From positions 22,149-86,148 of the IMG/VR virus record IMGVR_UViG_3300038345_000118: a stretch of 64,000 bases of DNA; one strand, given 5' to 3'. Made by a program: the position numbers and the translations under genes. The notes beneath the pieces were generated by a model. That model did no database searches. It saw only the letters and a list, made by a program, of their open reading frames with translations, and was not told where the DNA came from. The stretch is from a virus. Taxonomy: Duplodnaviria; Caudoviricetes. This document shows, piece after piece, positions 36,108 to 48,500 of this stretch; position 1 is the first letter of the stretch; the number at the start of each line of letters is the position of its first letter.

Positions 36108-38017
36108 GCAGGATAGGAACAAACCCCAATGTGAGCAGCGACCAGCTGGAGGCGAAGATGCTGCCGAACATAGAGGATGTGAAGCCCGAAGAGGGTGGGG
36201 CAGTGGACCTCTTAGGCGACGGTGTGCATAAGATATATCTGCATCGTGGCCAGCTCGACATCTACAACTTTGGTTCCAGGAGTACGAAGGTGAGGGCAGC
36301 CCGCGGTTTTGGCAAGACCTCGTATATCGGTCTGCACATGGTGAAGTGCGTGCTCGGACTGAGACGTCAGATGGGCGGTTTCGTCGGAGCCAGTGCAAAG
36401 CAGCTCTACACCCGCACGATGCCTAACGCCCTGAAGGTGGTCAGTTCGCTGGGTTTCGAGAAATTCTTCTTTCTTGGTCAGGCACCTGCCAAGCTACGTT
36501 GGGAGATGCCGTTGGCCCGTCCGCGTCAATGGGAGAACTGCGTTCATTTCCAGAACGGTTTCGTTTGGCAGATGCTCTCCATGGCCGTGAAGGGAAGTGC
36601 CAACGGTTTGAACCTTGCCGCTCTTATCGGTGACGAGACCAAATATCTTCCGTGGTCGCGTGTCAAGGAGGAAGTGCTGCCAACGCTCCGTGGCGACTTT
36701 ATGCCTGTGTCGGCACGAAAGACCGAGCAGAAACGTTGGGGATATGGCACTGACCCGAAGGTGAATCCCTATTGGCTGAGTCAGCTTTGGGTTTCCGATG
36801 CCGGTCTGACCCAAAGAGAATGCGTATGGGAGAAGGAAGAGCAGTATGAGACCAAGGACATCAACGCGCAGATTGCGGAGATGCTGGCCGAACTGAAATA
36901 CCTTGAAAAGGCCAACCCACGGATGGCCTTGGAGCTGGCTCAAAACGAAATGTTCCTGAAGAAGCTCCACCTGTTGCGGTCACAGTCGGAAACCTTCTGG
37001 AATTTCTCTTCCATCGAGAATGCCGCCATGTTAGGCGGCGAGGCATGGATCCGTCAGATGAAGCGCGAGCTGCCCGACCTGATGTTCCGCATCCAGATAC
37101 TCGGTCAGAAGAAAGGCGCGGCGAAGGACGGCTATTACGCCAACTGGGACATAGACATTCACGGCTACACCTGCGACGACATCACCACCTACGACCTGAT
37201 CGCCGACAAGTTCACGGTCAAGCAGAAAGGCAAGGCACTGGACGTGCAGAACTGGCCGACGGCCTACGAGACGGAGACCATCGATCTCGACCAGGCACAG
37301 CGTGCCGGTGAGAGTTGCGTTCTTGACACCGACCTGGACTACAACCAGCCGTTGTGTATTGCCATCGACTGCAATGCCAACCTGAACTGCGCGGTGATAG
37401 GACAGACGCGGATGTTCGAGGGACGTGAAAGCCTGCTTGTCTTGAAGTCGATGTTCGTGATGAACGAGCGCAAGCTGCGCAGTCTCTGTGCCGATGTGAC
37501 CAATTACTATCGCACCTTCCTCCGTCGGAACGGAGAGATCCTGTTTTTCTACACCCCCACCATCAAGCAGGGAGGCAGTACCGCCTACGCTGTGGAGGGA
37601 GCCGAGGATTTCCGTTTTGACCGTGTGGTGGTTAACGAGCTGCAGTCGTTGGGTTGGAAGGTGACGGACATTGAGATACCCGTCATCCGCGACAAGTATC
37701 AAGTCATCAACGACATCCTTTCTGGCAGGACTGGCCCGTTCCTGCGCGTCAACAGCGAGGCAGGCCGTAACGACTATCTGATTACCGCTATTGAGAATGC
37801 CGGACTGATACCCGGCACGTTCAAGAAGGACAAGAGCAAAGAGAAGTTGAAGAGCACCAGCGAGGAATCGTTGGGTGGCGATCCCCGTACCCGGACGGAC
37901 ATTACCGATGCACTTGACGATCTGGTACTGGGCGTAAAGTTCAGGAACGTGGCGAAGCAGAAGGTGGGCGGGCAGTTGCGCGGGCGGTTCAGGAACCTGG
38001 TGATGCCGAGAGGGTGA
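36104..38017 (+). CDS. terL: terminase large subunit
   Basis: AARGFGKT, LIGDE, nuclease IAIDCN and DITDALD. Confidence 0.85.
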   Translation: MSRIGTNPNVSSDQLEAKMLPNIEDVKPEEGGAVDLLGDGVHKIYLHRGQLDIYNFGSRSTKVRAARGFGKTSYIGLHMVKCVLGLRRQMGGFVGASAKQLYTRTMPNALKVVSSLGFEKFFFLGQAPAKLRWEMPLARPRQWENCVHFQNGFVWQMLSMAVKGSANGLNLAALIGDETKYLPWSRVKEEVLPTLRGDFMPVSARKTEQKRWGYGTDPKVNPYWLSQLWVSDAGLTQRECVWEKEEQYETKDINAQIAEMLAELKYLEKANPRMALELAQNEMFLKKLHLLRSQSETFWNFSSIENAAMLGGEAWIRQMKRELPDLMFRIQILGQKKGAAKDGYYANWDIDIHGYTCDDITTYDLIADKFTVKQKGKALDVQNWPTAYETETIDLDQAQRAGESCVLDTDLDYNQPLCIAIDCNANLNCAVIGQTRMFEGRESLLVLKSMFVMNERKLRSLCADVTNYYRTFLRRNGEILFFYTPTIKQGGSTAYAVEGAEDFRFDRVVVNELQSLGWKVTDIEIPVIRDKYQVINDILSGRTGPFLRVNSEAGRNDYLITAIENAGLIPGTFKKDKSKEKLKSTSEESLGGDPRTRTDITDALDDLVLGVKFRNVAKQKVGGQLRGRFRNLVMPRG

Positions 38018-38086
38018 TTTGGCTGCTGCTGAGCAGCAGCATACGGGAAAGAATTTTTAAATTCATTCAATAAGATTCAAAACACT

Positions 38087-38590
38087 ATGGAAGAGCAGAC
38101 AAAGAAAGTCGAATACCTGTTTGATGTGGGCGACATTGTGAAGATGAAAAAAGGAGAATCCTTTTTCATTGGAAACAAGGAATACCATGAGCACCTTAAA
38201 GTGGTATTTCGGTTCTTTGACGGAGAATTTCCATCTTATGTAATCGAAACAGAAGATGGAGTCGGAACGCCTTTAAGAGAATATGACCTTGACTTGGAAG
38301 AGAAATGCTGCGCACCTGTATGTGAGCAAGAAGAGCAGGCGCCTATCGACGGAAGAGACAAGAAACTCTATCTTGTCAGGAACGGGCTTGGGAATTTCCA
38401 TGTCATTGCCCATTCTTTTGACGAAGCGGCTGATGTTCTTGAAGGACGGCTCAACCAAGCGACCTACGGTTTTACCAGTAAGAGACAAGTGAAGAGTATC
38501 GACATTGTTGCGACACAGCATTTCTTTAACGGCAAGCAATGGTTCTGTGGTGAAGAAGGGCATCTGATTATTGACGGTGACAAGCCATGA
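38087..38590 (+). CDS. hypothetical protein
   Basis: 167 aa, lower GC, inserted between terL and the MTase. Confidence 0.75.
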   Translation: MEEQTKKVEYLFDVGDIVKMKKGESFFIGNKEYHEHLKVVFRFFDGEFPSYVIETEDGVGTPLREYDLDLEEKCCAPVCEQEEQAPIDGRDKKLYLVRNGLGNFHVIAHSFDEAADVLEGRLNQATYGFTSKRQVKSIDIVATQHFFNGKQWFCGEEGHLIIDGDKP

Positions 38591-39306
38591 TTGAACTTGA
38601 CACAATCTATAACGAAGACTGCCTGGAGGGGATGCGTCGCATCCCTGACGGGAGTGTGGACCTGATAGTCTGCGACCCGCCGTATGTAATCGGGAACCAG
38701 GGCGGCGGCTTCTGGAGCAAGAACCCGGAGGCATCGCATTATAACGCCCGTGGCACGCGCAAGGGTATGGAAAGGCTTAGTAACATCAAAGACGGTTTCG
38801 ACACAGCCATTCTTGACGAGATGTGCCGCGTGATGAAGCGGGTGAACATTTACGTGTGGTGCTCACAGAAGCAGATACGGCCCTACCTCGAATACTTCGT
38901 TGACGGGAAAGGCTGCAACTGGAACCTGCTCTGCTGGCACAAGACGAATCCGATTCCTGCCTGCGGGAACAAATACCTGAATGATACGGAATACATTCTG
39001 TTCTTCCGCGAGAAGGGTGTGCGGGTAGAGGGACGTTACGACACCAAGCGCACGTTTTACACGTCGCTGCGAAACCAGCAGGAGAACATCGAATACGGTC
39101 ATCCTACTGTGAAGCCGTGTCAGATTATCCAAAACCTTATCGTGAACAGCAGCCCAGTGGGGGGGGTAATTTTAGACCCGTTCATAGGCAGTGGAACGAC
39201 CGCTATTGCCGCTATGCGCGAAGGGCGGCATTACATCGGGTTTGAGATTAACGAGCAGTATTACGAGACAGCAGTAAGGAGGATTGAAACGGAAAAAGCA
39301 AATTAA
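38587..39306 (+). CDS. beta-class N4/N6 DNA methyltransferase (orphan)
   Basis: DLIVCDPPY, HPTVKP, LDPFIGSGTT. Confidence 0.93.
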   Translation: MIELDTIYNEDCLEGMRRIPDGSVDLIVCDPPYVIGNQGGGFWSKNPEASHYNARGTRKGMERLSNIKDGFDTAILDEMCRVMKRVNIYVWCSQKQIRPYLEYFVDGKGCNWNLLCWHKTNPIPACGNKYLNDTEYILFFREKGVRVEGRYDTKRTFYTSLRNQQENIEYGHPTVKPCQIIQNLIVNSSPVGGVILDPFIGSGTTAIAAMREGRHYIGFEINEQYYETAVRRIETEKAN

Positions 39307-39345
39307 ATTTTGAAATTGCAAAACATTTTTGGAAGAAATTGCAAT

Positions 39346-39380
39346 GCCCTTGATTTCTGGATGTAAGATAGATATATTGG
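39346..39380 (+). promoter_or_regulatory. phage late-type promoter
   Basis: GCCCTTGA-N19-TATATTGG upstream of the portal candidate. Confidence 0.75.
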
Positions 39381-39404
39381 CGAGTAGAAACAAATGCGAA
39401 AGAT

Positions 39405-41291
39405 ATGAGAAAGAAAAATAAAACTCCACTCGTACACAAGGTTAGTAGTAGGCAGGAGTTTGAACGGCTGAACAAGGAGCTCAACGCCAGACGCTACATT
39501 GCCATCGATCTGCTGAAGAAAGGACGCACCAAAAGCTTCTCGTTAGGTGACAAAGACCCGTCGGATGGCGAAGCCAAGGACACGGCAACGTGCATGGGTA
39601 ATGGCAGCTGGAGTACCGGCCCGCTGGTGCAGGTAGCCTGGCAATTTGACAGTCGCGACGAGAACGCCGTGACTGCTGTGTACGACAAGGACGGAAAGAC
39701 GCCTCTCGGTCTTGGCTACATCAAATGGGGTCCCGGTAACAGCATTCCCTCCGTGATACCTCCTTTGGCGCAGTCGTCGCCATACACTGCCGCTCCGCTA
39801 CGCTATATCGCAGACACTATCTGCGGTCTCGGACCGGCACTGATGTACCGTTTCCCCGACGGCACGCTGTGCGACATGAAGGACGCCGGCTACAAGATAC
39901 TGCAACAGCTGGAGAAGAAACAGAAAGAGCAGGAGAAGGAAGGAGTTGTCAGCCTTGTTGACGATCTTGACACGACCGCAGACGCAACACGCCGACATTT
40001 CATCGGCGACTATGTGATGACAGACGGCGGCATTATGACGATCCAGGAAGCCAATACGCTTAGACTGGAGCCACGTGGCATATCTACCATGCCTCGCAAT
40101 CTCGGTCCCGACTACTGGAACCGGCTCTATGCCGAATGGGAGCGCATCTGGCGTGGTTACGACGAGACCGACGAGCTGGAAATCAAGAGACACGTGATAG
40201 GAGCCAAGGACTTTATCGACCAGAACAACCTGAACCTGCACCTCTCGCAGTGTATGCAGGATCATGTATTCCTTGACATTTTCTATCCGACGGTTGGCTT
40301 TTCGGACAAAGGCTTACGCCGTTCATGGGCACCCCTTATCGACAAGGTTGACATGATACCCGCCCACAGCATCCGCCTGGAGAAACGCAATGAATACAAC
40401 CACATCAACCATTGCTACGTGTCAGACCAATTCCGCACGCTTGGCATCGGCACTGTGCGCACGGTCAGACCCGAAGAGACGCGGATCAAGATGTTTCCCG
40501 CCTGTATGCCGCAGCACCTTCTCAGCGACCTGCGCTACATCGTCAGCAGTAACCAGAAGTCGCGCATCAACGCCCGTCCGATGTGGGTCGTGTGCCCTAC
40601 CTTCTACCCGTCTCTCAACAAGCCCTACTATCCGCAACCCGCATGGTGGAGTATCTTTACCAGTAAGGCTTTTGACTTCTCGGCCACCATTCTCTACGAC
40701 AAGTATAAAGCACGTGAGAACAACACCACCTGGGGACGTATCCTTTACATCTCTCTTGACTACCTCGACCAGGTGTTTGCCGATGAAGGTTATCAGGGCA
40801 ACAAGGAGAAGCAGCAGGAGTTTATCGGAGCGCTGGAAGACTCCATGGAACAGTTCTTGCAGCAGCGCGACAACCATGGCAAGACCATGCGCCAATGGAT
40901 GTGGATCGGACAAGACGGAAAGGAACACCACAACGTAGAGATTGTGGATATCAAGGAAGCCTCCAACGATGCCGTCAAGGCCGGCAAGGAAGAGTTGGAA
41001 CTTTCGACCTCGCCCATCTTCCTTGCTTTGCAGGTAGATCCCCGTCTTGTAGGTGTGCCGATGGTAGCGGCCTCGAACGGTGGTACGGCGCTGAGAGAAA
41101 TGCAGTTGCTGAAGCAGCAGCAGCTTAACGTCCACCAGCGACTTTACCTCCAGTTCCTCAATGCGGTACTGAACTTCAACCAATGGGATGCCGACGGACG
41201 CGTAGCCTTCTACATCAAGCAGCAGACTTTCACCACGCTTGACAACAACAAGACTGGGGTTATTGAGACGATTTCAGGGGAAGGGACGTAG
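39405..41291 (+). CDS. putative portal protein
   Basis: 628 aa after terL; YYPQPAWWS and DPRLVG...NGGTALRE resemble Bacteroidetes phage portals. Confidence 0.65.
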   Translation: MRKKNKTPLVHKVSSRQEFERLNKELNARRYIAIDLLKKGRTKSFSLGDKDPSDGEAKDTATCMGNGSWSTGPLVQVAWQFDSRDENAVTAVYDKDGKTPLGLGYIKWGPGNSIPSVIPPLAQSSPYTAAPLRYIADTICGLGPALMYRFPDGTLCDMKDAGYKILQQLEKKQKEQEKEGVVSLVDDLDTTADATRRHFIGDYVMTDGGIMTIQEANTLRLEPRGISTMPRNLGPDYWNRLYAEWERIWRGYDETDELEIKRHVIGAKDFIDQNNLNLHLSQCMQDHVFLDIFYPTVGFSDKGLRRSWAPLIDKVDMIPAHSIRLEKRNEYNHINHCYVSDQFRTLGIGTVRTVRPEETRIKMFPACMPQHLLSDLRYIVSSNQKSRINARPMWVVCPTFYPSLNKPYYPQPAWWSIFTSKAFDFSATILYDKYKARENNTTWGRILYISLDYLDQVFADEGYQGNKEKQQEFIGALEDSMEQFLQQRDNHGKTMRQWMWIGQDGKEHHNVEIVDIKEASNDAVKAGKEELELSTSPIFLALQVDPRLVGVPMVAASNGGTALREMQLLKQQQLNVHQRLYLQFLNAVLNFNQWDADGRVAFYIKQQTFTTLDNNKTGVIETISGEGT

Positions 41292-41379
41292 TAGAGCCGT
41301 TGGCGCAAAGTTTAGCATTGAGAGATATTAGCGAATAACAAAGTGTCGTTTAATATAGTAATTGTGTGATTAACGCTGA

Positions 41380-41413
41380 GCACGGGTGGCTGTGAAGCCG
41401 TCCGTGTTTTTTT
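41380..41413 (+). terminator. intrinsic terminator
   Basis: GCACGGGTGGCT-GTGA-AGCCGTCCGTGT-TTTTTT. Confidence 0.75.
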
Positions 41414-41427
41414 ATCAAAGCCTGTCT

Positions 41428-41462
41428 GCCCTTGACCAGCGGAGTTTCTGCAATTAAATTGC
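41428..41462 (+). promoter_or_regulatory. phage late-type promoter
   Basis: GCCCTTGA-N19-TAAATTGC. Confidence 0.75.
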
Positions 41463-41495
41463 AGGTATAAATGAGGGGACAAAAATATTAGGAAA

Positions 41496-41927
41496 ATGGA
41501 CTGCTTTATGATACCACGCCGGAAGGCGATTCACGAGCCTAAACCGCTACGCATAGATGGCACCACCACGTCGATGACTGCAGAACCGGACGATGCTGAA
41601 CTGGCGGCGATGGCTTTGCTCGCTTCGCTTGCAGGTAGCAGATTGGCTGCAGCGGAACCGCAGCCTGCGGAGAAGGGGACGGCGGCGTATTTTCATGCGC
41701 TTTCGGAGCGGGTACGTGAAGGACGGGCAGCAGAGGTGAGGATGGCGAGTCGGTATGTGGCCTATTGTGAGCAGGAACTGACGAATCATTCACAATTAAC
41801 CGAGCTGGAGCGCGGTCTATACCGGCATCTCGACATCATCGACCGGGAGGGGGGAGAACTGAAACGGCGGTGGCAGCACTGCCTGGCAGAGGTGATTGTC
41901 CGCCTTAATGGCGGAAGTGAAGAGTGA
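41496..41927 (+). CDS. hypothetical protein
   Basis: 143 aa. Confidence 0.7.
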   Translation: MDCFMIPRRKAIHEPKPLRIDGTTTSMTAEPDDAELAAMALLASLAGSRLAAAEPQPAEKGTAAYFHALSERVREGRAAEVRMASRYVAYCEQELTNHSQLTELERGLYRHLDIIDREGGELKRRWQHCLAEVIVRLNGGSEE

Positions 41928-41979
41928 AGAATTTGCCGCGACGGAATCGCGGCTTACGGAGAAAGAATAAAGAACATCT

Positions 41980-42525
41980 ATGGCTTCATATAAATTCACG
42001 CCCGAGAATATTCCACCAGAGCAACTGCTGACGCAGTTCTCCTGGAATGACCCGATGGTTGCAGGATATGTCAACAACTTCTTTGTACTGTTGACAAAAG
42101 ACGCCATGAAAAACATGGACCGTTTGGGGATTAAAAACCATACGGGTATGTTGCGTCGGGCAATTTACTGGAAGATATGGGGAGCGGCCAACGGCGACGT
42201 GAAGATGTTCACGCTGATGTACCAACGCTATGCCAAGTTTGTAGAATTGGCTTTGGGTAAGAATCACGAACTTGTTCAGATAGCCGCTATCGGAGGTCCG
42301 AAATGGAGGCCGATACCCCGTCCCGACAACAAGCCTCGTAAGGCCAAGCCGTTTATCACCTCCGAAATGCGTATGCAGGTACGTAAGTTTGAGAACATGC
42401 TTGTGTCACAGTTTGCCTTCCGTGGAACAGCCTACATCCTCTGGGGGCTGCAAGACAAGGAAGCAGAAGCGACGCGCGAGTTAAGACGCCTGCAAAAGCA
42501 CTACATCCGATTTGAACGAAGATAA
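41980..42525 (+). CDS. hypothetical protein (neck/tail-completion candidate)
   Basis: 181 aa, basic, immediately upstream of the tape measure gene. Confidence 0.7.
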   Translation: MASYKFTPENIPPEQLLTQFSWNDPMVAGYVNNFFVLLTKDAMKNMDRLGIKNHTGMLRRAIYWKIWGAANGDVKMFTLMYQRYAKFVELALGKNHELVQIAAIGGPKWRPIPRPDNKPRKAKPFITSEMRMQVRKFENMLVSQFAFRGTAYILWGLQDKEAEATRELRRLQKHYIRFERR

Positions 42526-42543
42526 CACAAAAACAACATATAT

Positions 42544-45500
42544 ATGGCACGTAATAACGTACAGACAACTGTTACCGTCGGCATGGACGTGCAGCTTGCC
42601 AAGCGCAACGCCAATGCTTTGAAAGAGGTCATCATCGAGCTCAAAAACCAGTTAAAGGAACAGCGGGCACTTATGGACAATTCCGCCTCTGCCGAAGGTT
42701 ACAAGAAAGCAGCCGAAGCGGTTGACAACCTGATCCTGAAGATCAAGACGCTGGAGAAGGTGCAGCGTTCGGCCACGCCTGCCACCGCCTACGAGGCGTT
42801 CATCAGTGGTGACGTGATGAACAGCAACAAGCTCCGTCAGGCACAGCGCGGTGCCAAGAACCGTCTGAACACCGTCCCCAGCGGCGCAAGTGACCAGACG
42901 GCACGCACGCTTATCAATGACATCAACCGCGCACAAGTTCAGCTCAACCGTTTGCAGGCAGGTTTTCAGAAACCGTTGCAGTCTGTCAAGAAGGAACTTC
43001 GTGACCTGAGCGGCAACGAGCTCCAGCGTTTGCTTCAACTTCTGAAACAAGAACAGACGCTTGTGCAGGGTAACGACAAGGCGTGGTCTGCATACGCAGC
43101 CGCAATCGGCAAGGTCGAAGAGCGCATGCGTGAGTATGATACGTTGGCTCGTCAGCAGATGGGTGCATCCACGCTCTCACGTTCGCAAAGTGGAGGTTTT
43201 GCCCAGGCCAACGAGCGCGATATCCAGCGTGCCATTGACAAGCTGCGGGAATACCGTGCCGTTATTAATGATCCCAATGGCACAGGTAAAGCTACATGGG
43301 AAGCAACGACACGTGAGATACTGAAATTACAATCCACTCTTGACGGACTAAAGCAGAAGGCGGCAGAAGCCAGCGGGCAGGCGATGTCTCTTGATCGCGC
43401 TCTTGGTATAGGGCTACGTGCAAGAGTAGGTACATATACAGGTACTATACAAGAACTTACTCTTGTAAAGCAGACGCTTGAAAGCAATCTACAGACTGCC
43501 AGAAGGAACAGTGTTGAATATGATAAAATTAAGCGTGCGCTTAATGCTGTAGAATTAGAACTTAAAAAAACCGGTGAGCTTTCAAAAGAAGTCCAGGCCG
43601 TCCTTAATTCCCCAAAAGGAAAGTCGTTTAACGAGCTGAAGCAGGCGGTGGAGCAGGGTAGGGCTGCTTTGCAGAATATGCGCACAGACACCGACAAGGG
43701 GAAGAAGGCTTTTGACGAGCTGGCTAAGAAGGTGAAGGAAGCCGAGTTCCAGATGAAGGAACTGGGCGGTGCATCGAAAGGTACCGCCAGCGCGTTTGAC
43801 AAGGCATGGTCGCGACTGAAGACCTACATTGGTCTGTATATGGGTGCTGCGGTGGCTATCCAAAAGATTACGGCGACGATGGGCGACCTGATGGAACTGT
43901 CAGACAAGATGGGTGAGGTTCGTAAGACTACGGGCTTTACTGCCGATGAGGTGGGGCGACTAAGTAATGAGCTGAAAAAGATGGACACCCGTACCACGTT
44001 GACCGGTCTTATGGATTTGAGCGTGGCCGCCGGTCAGCTTGGCTTGAAGACCGAGGAGGACGTGCTGGGCTTTACGGAGGCTGCCAACAAACTGATGGTG
44101 GCATTGCCTGAAATGGGTAAGGAGGGTGCCACGGAGATGCTGAAGGTGGCTTTGGCTACTGGCGAGATAGACAAGATACGCAGGCAGATGGAGCAGGGGC
44201 TGATTGACGGTTCTTCGGCTACGGCTGTTGCCATGGAGAAGGTTGGCTCAACGATTGACCGTCTGCGTGCCACGAGTGCTGCTACGGCTCCTGCCATCAC
44301 TGACTTTGTGAAGCGAGTAGGTGCCGTGGGTGCTCAGAGTGGTATCAGCATTGACCAGGTAGCCGCCCTTGGTTCCACCGTCGATGCCTTGGGTATGAGA
44401 GTGGAAATGTCGGCCACGGCCTTGTCGCGTATGATGCCTGCTATCAGAAACAACGCCTTTGACATTGCAAAGATACTCGGTATTACACCAGATACTATCC
44501 GAGAACTTTACGACACGGGGCAGGGTATGGAGGTAATCCTAATGATCTTGCAGCGCATGAAGGACAGCAACATGGATGCCGACAGCATCGAGCAGATGCT
44601 GGGTATGGGCGGCATGAAAGAGATTATGAAGGAGCTCAACCAGCAAGGTGCCCGTGCCGGTATTGTGTTCGGCGGCTTGTCACAGAACGTGGATGAGCTA
44701 CGCCGCCAGTTGGGTGTAGCCAAACAAGCGTATGAGGAGAATATTGCCATTCAACAGGAGTATGACAAGATGAATGAGACCACTGCTGCGAAGTGGGAAC
44801 GGTTGAAAAACCAGATAGAAGAGTTCTTTGTTGGCGACCAATCACAACAGTGGTTAGGCAAGATCATTGACGGTCTGCGCTTATTCGTGGATGTCCTCAC
44901 GGGCAACCTGCGTCCGGCACTGGGATGGATTACCGTCTTGCTACAAACGTTTCTCGTTTACTGGGCCGCGCTGAAGGTCGGCCTTGGTGAGGCAATTTTT
45001 TTGAAGGCTGCCGGCGGACTAAAAGCGATGGGAAGTGGGTTAACAAACCTGATATCGAATACGCAACAATACATCATGTATAGCAAGGCCCTTCGTAATG
45101 CCAAGTTGGCAGAGGCGGCTGCCTCGACAGCGGCAGAGAAAGCAATAGCGGCACAAAGTGTTGCGACCATCAAAGCAAAGATGGCGCAAGAGGGTCTGAA
45201 CAAAGCGATGATTGCGAATATTTGGATGGCTGTTGCTGCCGCTTTTGTTGCTCTTGGAGTTGCACTATATAGATATATAGACTCTATGAGAGAGGCCGGT
45301 CGGGAAGCTGCGAAGTTCCAGGCCGAGTTGGATAAGGAGCAACGCAAGGTGAACGAACTGACCAATTCCATCGGCGAAGCAAGGGTCAAGATAGAAGATG
45401 CCAACAAGGAAGTGGCAAAGGCACGCGCGGAACTTGATGCTGCCAAGAAAGCCAATGACGGCACGACCGAGGCCGTGAACCGGTTGACAAAGGCAGAATC

Positions 45501-48500
45501 CGAATTGTTGGTAAAGGAAGAAGCGAAGAAGAATGCGATGGCCGCCCATAAGCAACTGATTACGGAGTTCAATAATCAGTATAGCAAGTATCTCGGTTTC
45601 ATGCTTTCAGAGGTTTCGTCGAATCTTGAACTGGCCCGTGCCCGCGACTTGGTAAACAGCAAACTGCGCGAGACGCTTACGCTGAAGCGTCAGGAGGCAG
45701 CCATCGAGCGTATAGAGAAAGAGAAGGGCGGTGACAGAGACGAAGAATACGCAAATTTGTATGATTTTGTTGGCAGGAAAGCAGGCTCTGACGATCCGTC
45801 AAAAAGATCCAGGGTGATGAATAGCATTACAAGATTGGCACAGAACGCCAAGGACGAGAACGCTTTTAGGTCTGGGGCGATTAAAATTTTCAAAAACAAT
45901 AAGATAGGTAATTACGATGCTTTGCTCAGACAAGCCGTTGACTATTATGAGGAAGTATATGATATCCGTCAGGCTATAGACCGCGTAGTCGAACAGTTTA
46001 AGGGAGAACAGCAAGGCAACCGCGCGACATCGCAAGGCGATTTAATACGTCAGGTCAACGCCAGTTTCTCCAACTATAATAGCCTTCTCAGGAGATACAG
46101 GGGTTCCAAAGGTGATGACAGGGCGAGGAATGCTGCTGCCGTATTGCAGCAGATGGACACATTGGCCGAACAAAGAGCCAATGCCAGCAGTTATTACGAC
46201 ATGAATGATCCCAGAGAAGCCGCGATGTACCGCAAGCAGTTCGGGGCACTCAACGCATGGAAAGGTTATGACCGCAATACACTGTTAAAGGAGGCAGGCC
46301 GTTACTATACACCTCGTAAGAAGATGCAGCCCGGCGGTGGCAGCGGCAGTGGTGGCAGTTTCACCACGAGCGACAGATATACCAGCGGATATTCCGGCAA
46401 CAGTATCTGGGGCAACGAAGTGGATGCTGCGAGCACCGACTACAGCACCTGGGACGTGAACGAGCTGGTGGCCCGCCGTAATCAGATGAATAAATTCAAG
46501 AACGTACTGAAGCCTGGCATTGACGTGCGAAAGGTGCTTGCAGAGGACCGGGCACTGATGAAGGCCATCGACGAAGGAAAGGTAGGAGAAGACTGGCAGA
46601 GTGTTTTAAACTGGTACAATGCCGAGCGCAAGAAGATTCAGGAAGAGCTGAAGAGCGAACGCTTTTCCACCAACGAAGGAAACTGGCGCGATGAAAAGAC
46701 AAAGAAAGGCAGAAGGAGAGTAAATCCGCTTATTGAGTCAGACTACGCCCTGGCAGAACTGGACCGCTACTATTCCCGCCGTAAGGAAGCGTTGGAGAAA
46801 GCACGCTCAGAGGAGAACATCAGCGAGGAACTGTATAACCGTCAGGCGGAGATGCTGGAGCAGGAGCACCTGGAACGGCGCTCGAAACTGCGCGGTACTT
46901 TTACCGGCGAGGTAAGCAAGGAAGAAACTGCTGCATTCCGCAAATGGTGGGCTGACCTGGAGAAGATGGACGAGCTCGATCATGTGCCTTGGGCCACCGT
47001 TGAAAGCGAGTGGTCGAAGGCTCTTGCTGCACAGATTGGTCGCAACAACCTGAAGATGCAGCAGGACATGACACAGGTGGAGAGCATCACGATGAAGCAT
47101 GTGAACCAGATTGCGCAGATCATTGCCAAGGAACGTCCGTATGACGGTATCACGGAGAACCTGCAAGCCAACCTCACAAAGATGGACATCCTGTTTGCCG
47201 ACCTGGGTACGGTTACGAAGAAACAGTTGGAAGACGGTTCGCTGACCAAAGAGCTGAGCCGCCGTATGTCGTTCCTACTGGACGAGACCGAACGTGCCTA
47301 CTCGCTGACTGCCGAGCAGTTGATGAGCGACATGGGCGCAAAGGGCTTCAAGGCATGGGCTGACGCTATTGCCAATGCCAAGAATGCCGATGAACTGAAG
47401 CGTCAGCTGTTGGCCCAGTTGCAAAAGGCATACGATGCCGTTCAGGACGCCATCAAGAAAGAGTCAAGCCTAATTAAGAAGCAGGCCGAAATACAATGGA
47501 ACGACACCATCTTGCCTGGCGGTATCAGTCAGAGGAATGCCTATGAAGCCGCACTGAGTACACTCGGTTTGCAGAAAGACCAGGTAGACAGGGCGAACTC
47601 ACTTATAGGAGTCGGACCTGCGAGCGAGCGTGTGGCCGACAAACTGGCGATTAAGCAGATGCAGGTACGTCTTGCCATGCAAGAGCAGTATTACGCACTG
47701 ATTCGCAAGATTGGGAACGAACGTATCAAACAGTTGGAAGAGGCAGGAAAACTGGAAGATGCAGAGCATTTGCGTAAGAGCCTTAATCTAACCCTTAGTG
47801 AGGAACAGAAGAAGCTCGACGAGCAGCGCGTGGCCATTCAGAATCAGTTGGAAGAAAGTCAGGAAAGACTTTACAAGCGGTTGAGGGAATGGGGAGAACT
47901 GATTGCGGGTTCTGTGCAAAGTGTCTTCGAGGCATCGCATGCCGGTGACAAGGAATATTACAACGAGCGGGCGAAGATGGCTTTGACGGGCAAGGGCGGT
48001 CCTGGTGCCGGCACCTACGTGGTGATTGACAATGCCGGGACAAGTGGTGCGACTGCGCACTACGAACACCTGAACGAGCGTCAGGCGTTAGAACGCCATT
48101 ACGAGATAGAGCGTCAGAACGCAATGGCCGAGGCATGGAAGAAGGTGATGGACGACATCAACATGAAGATGAGCGAGACTATTACCGACCAGATTAACGC
48201 CATGCTGCAGAATGCCTCTATTGATGCGAATACCGATGCCACGAATGCGGACACACAGGCTATCGGCACGCTGACCGAGACGCTTGCCAACGGCCTGACC
48301 GTGAATACCATTTCAGGCGGAGAGCTACCCGTGATAGATGAGAGCAACCCCGACACATGGGGGCGTGCTGCAAGGAAGCGTGCCGGACTGCCCGTTGACG
48401 AGAATCCGCATGATCATACCATTTCGGAAGGAGCACAAGGCATGGAGAATGCCGGGCTTGCCGATGCTTTCCTTTCGCAGGAAGTGATGGACATGAGTAC

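Noticed and set aside
32452-36398. Long minus-strand ORFs of 356 aa and 317 aa
   Set aside because: They overlap real plus-strand genes, lack motifs and are explained by GC3-biased shadow frames
41496-42543. Programmed frameshift for tail chaperones upstream of the tape measure gene
   Set aside because: The two ORFs are separated by a repeat-filled gap and no convincing slippery heptamer was found
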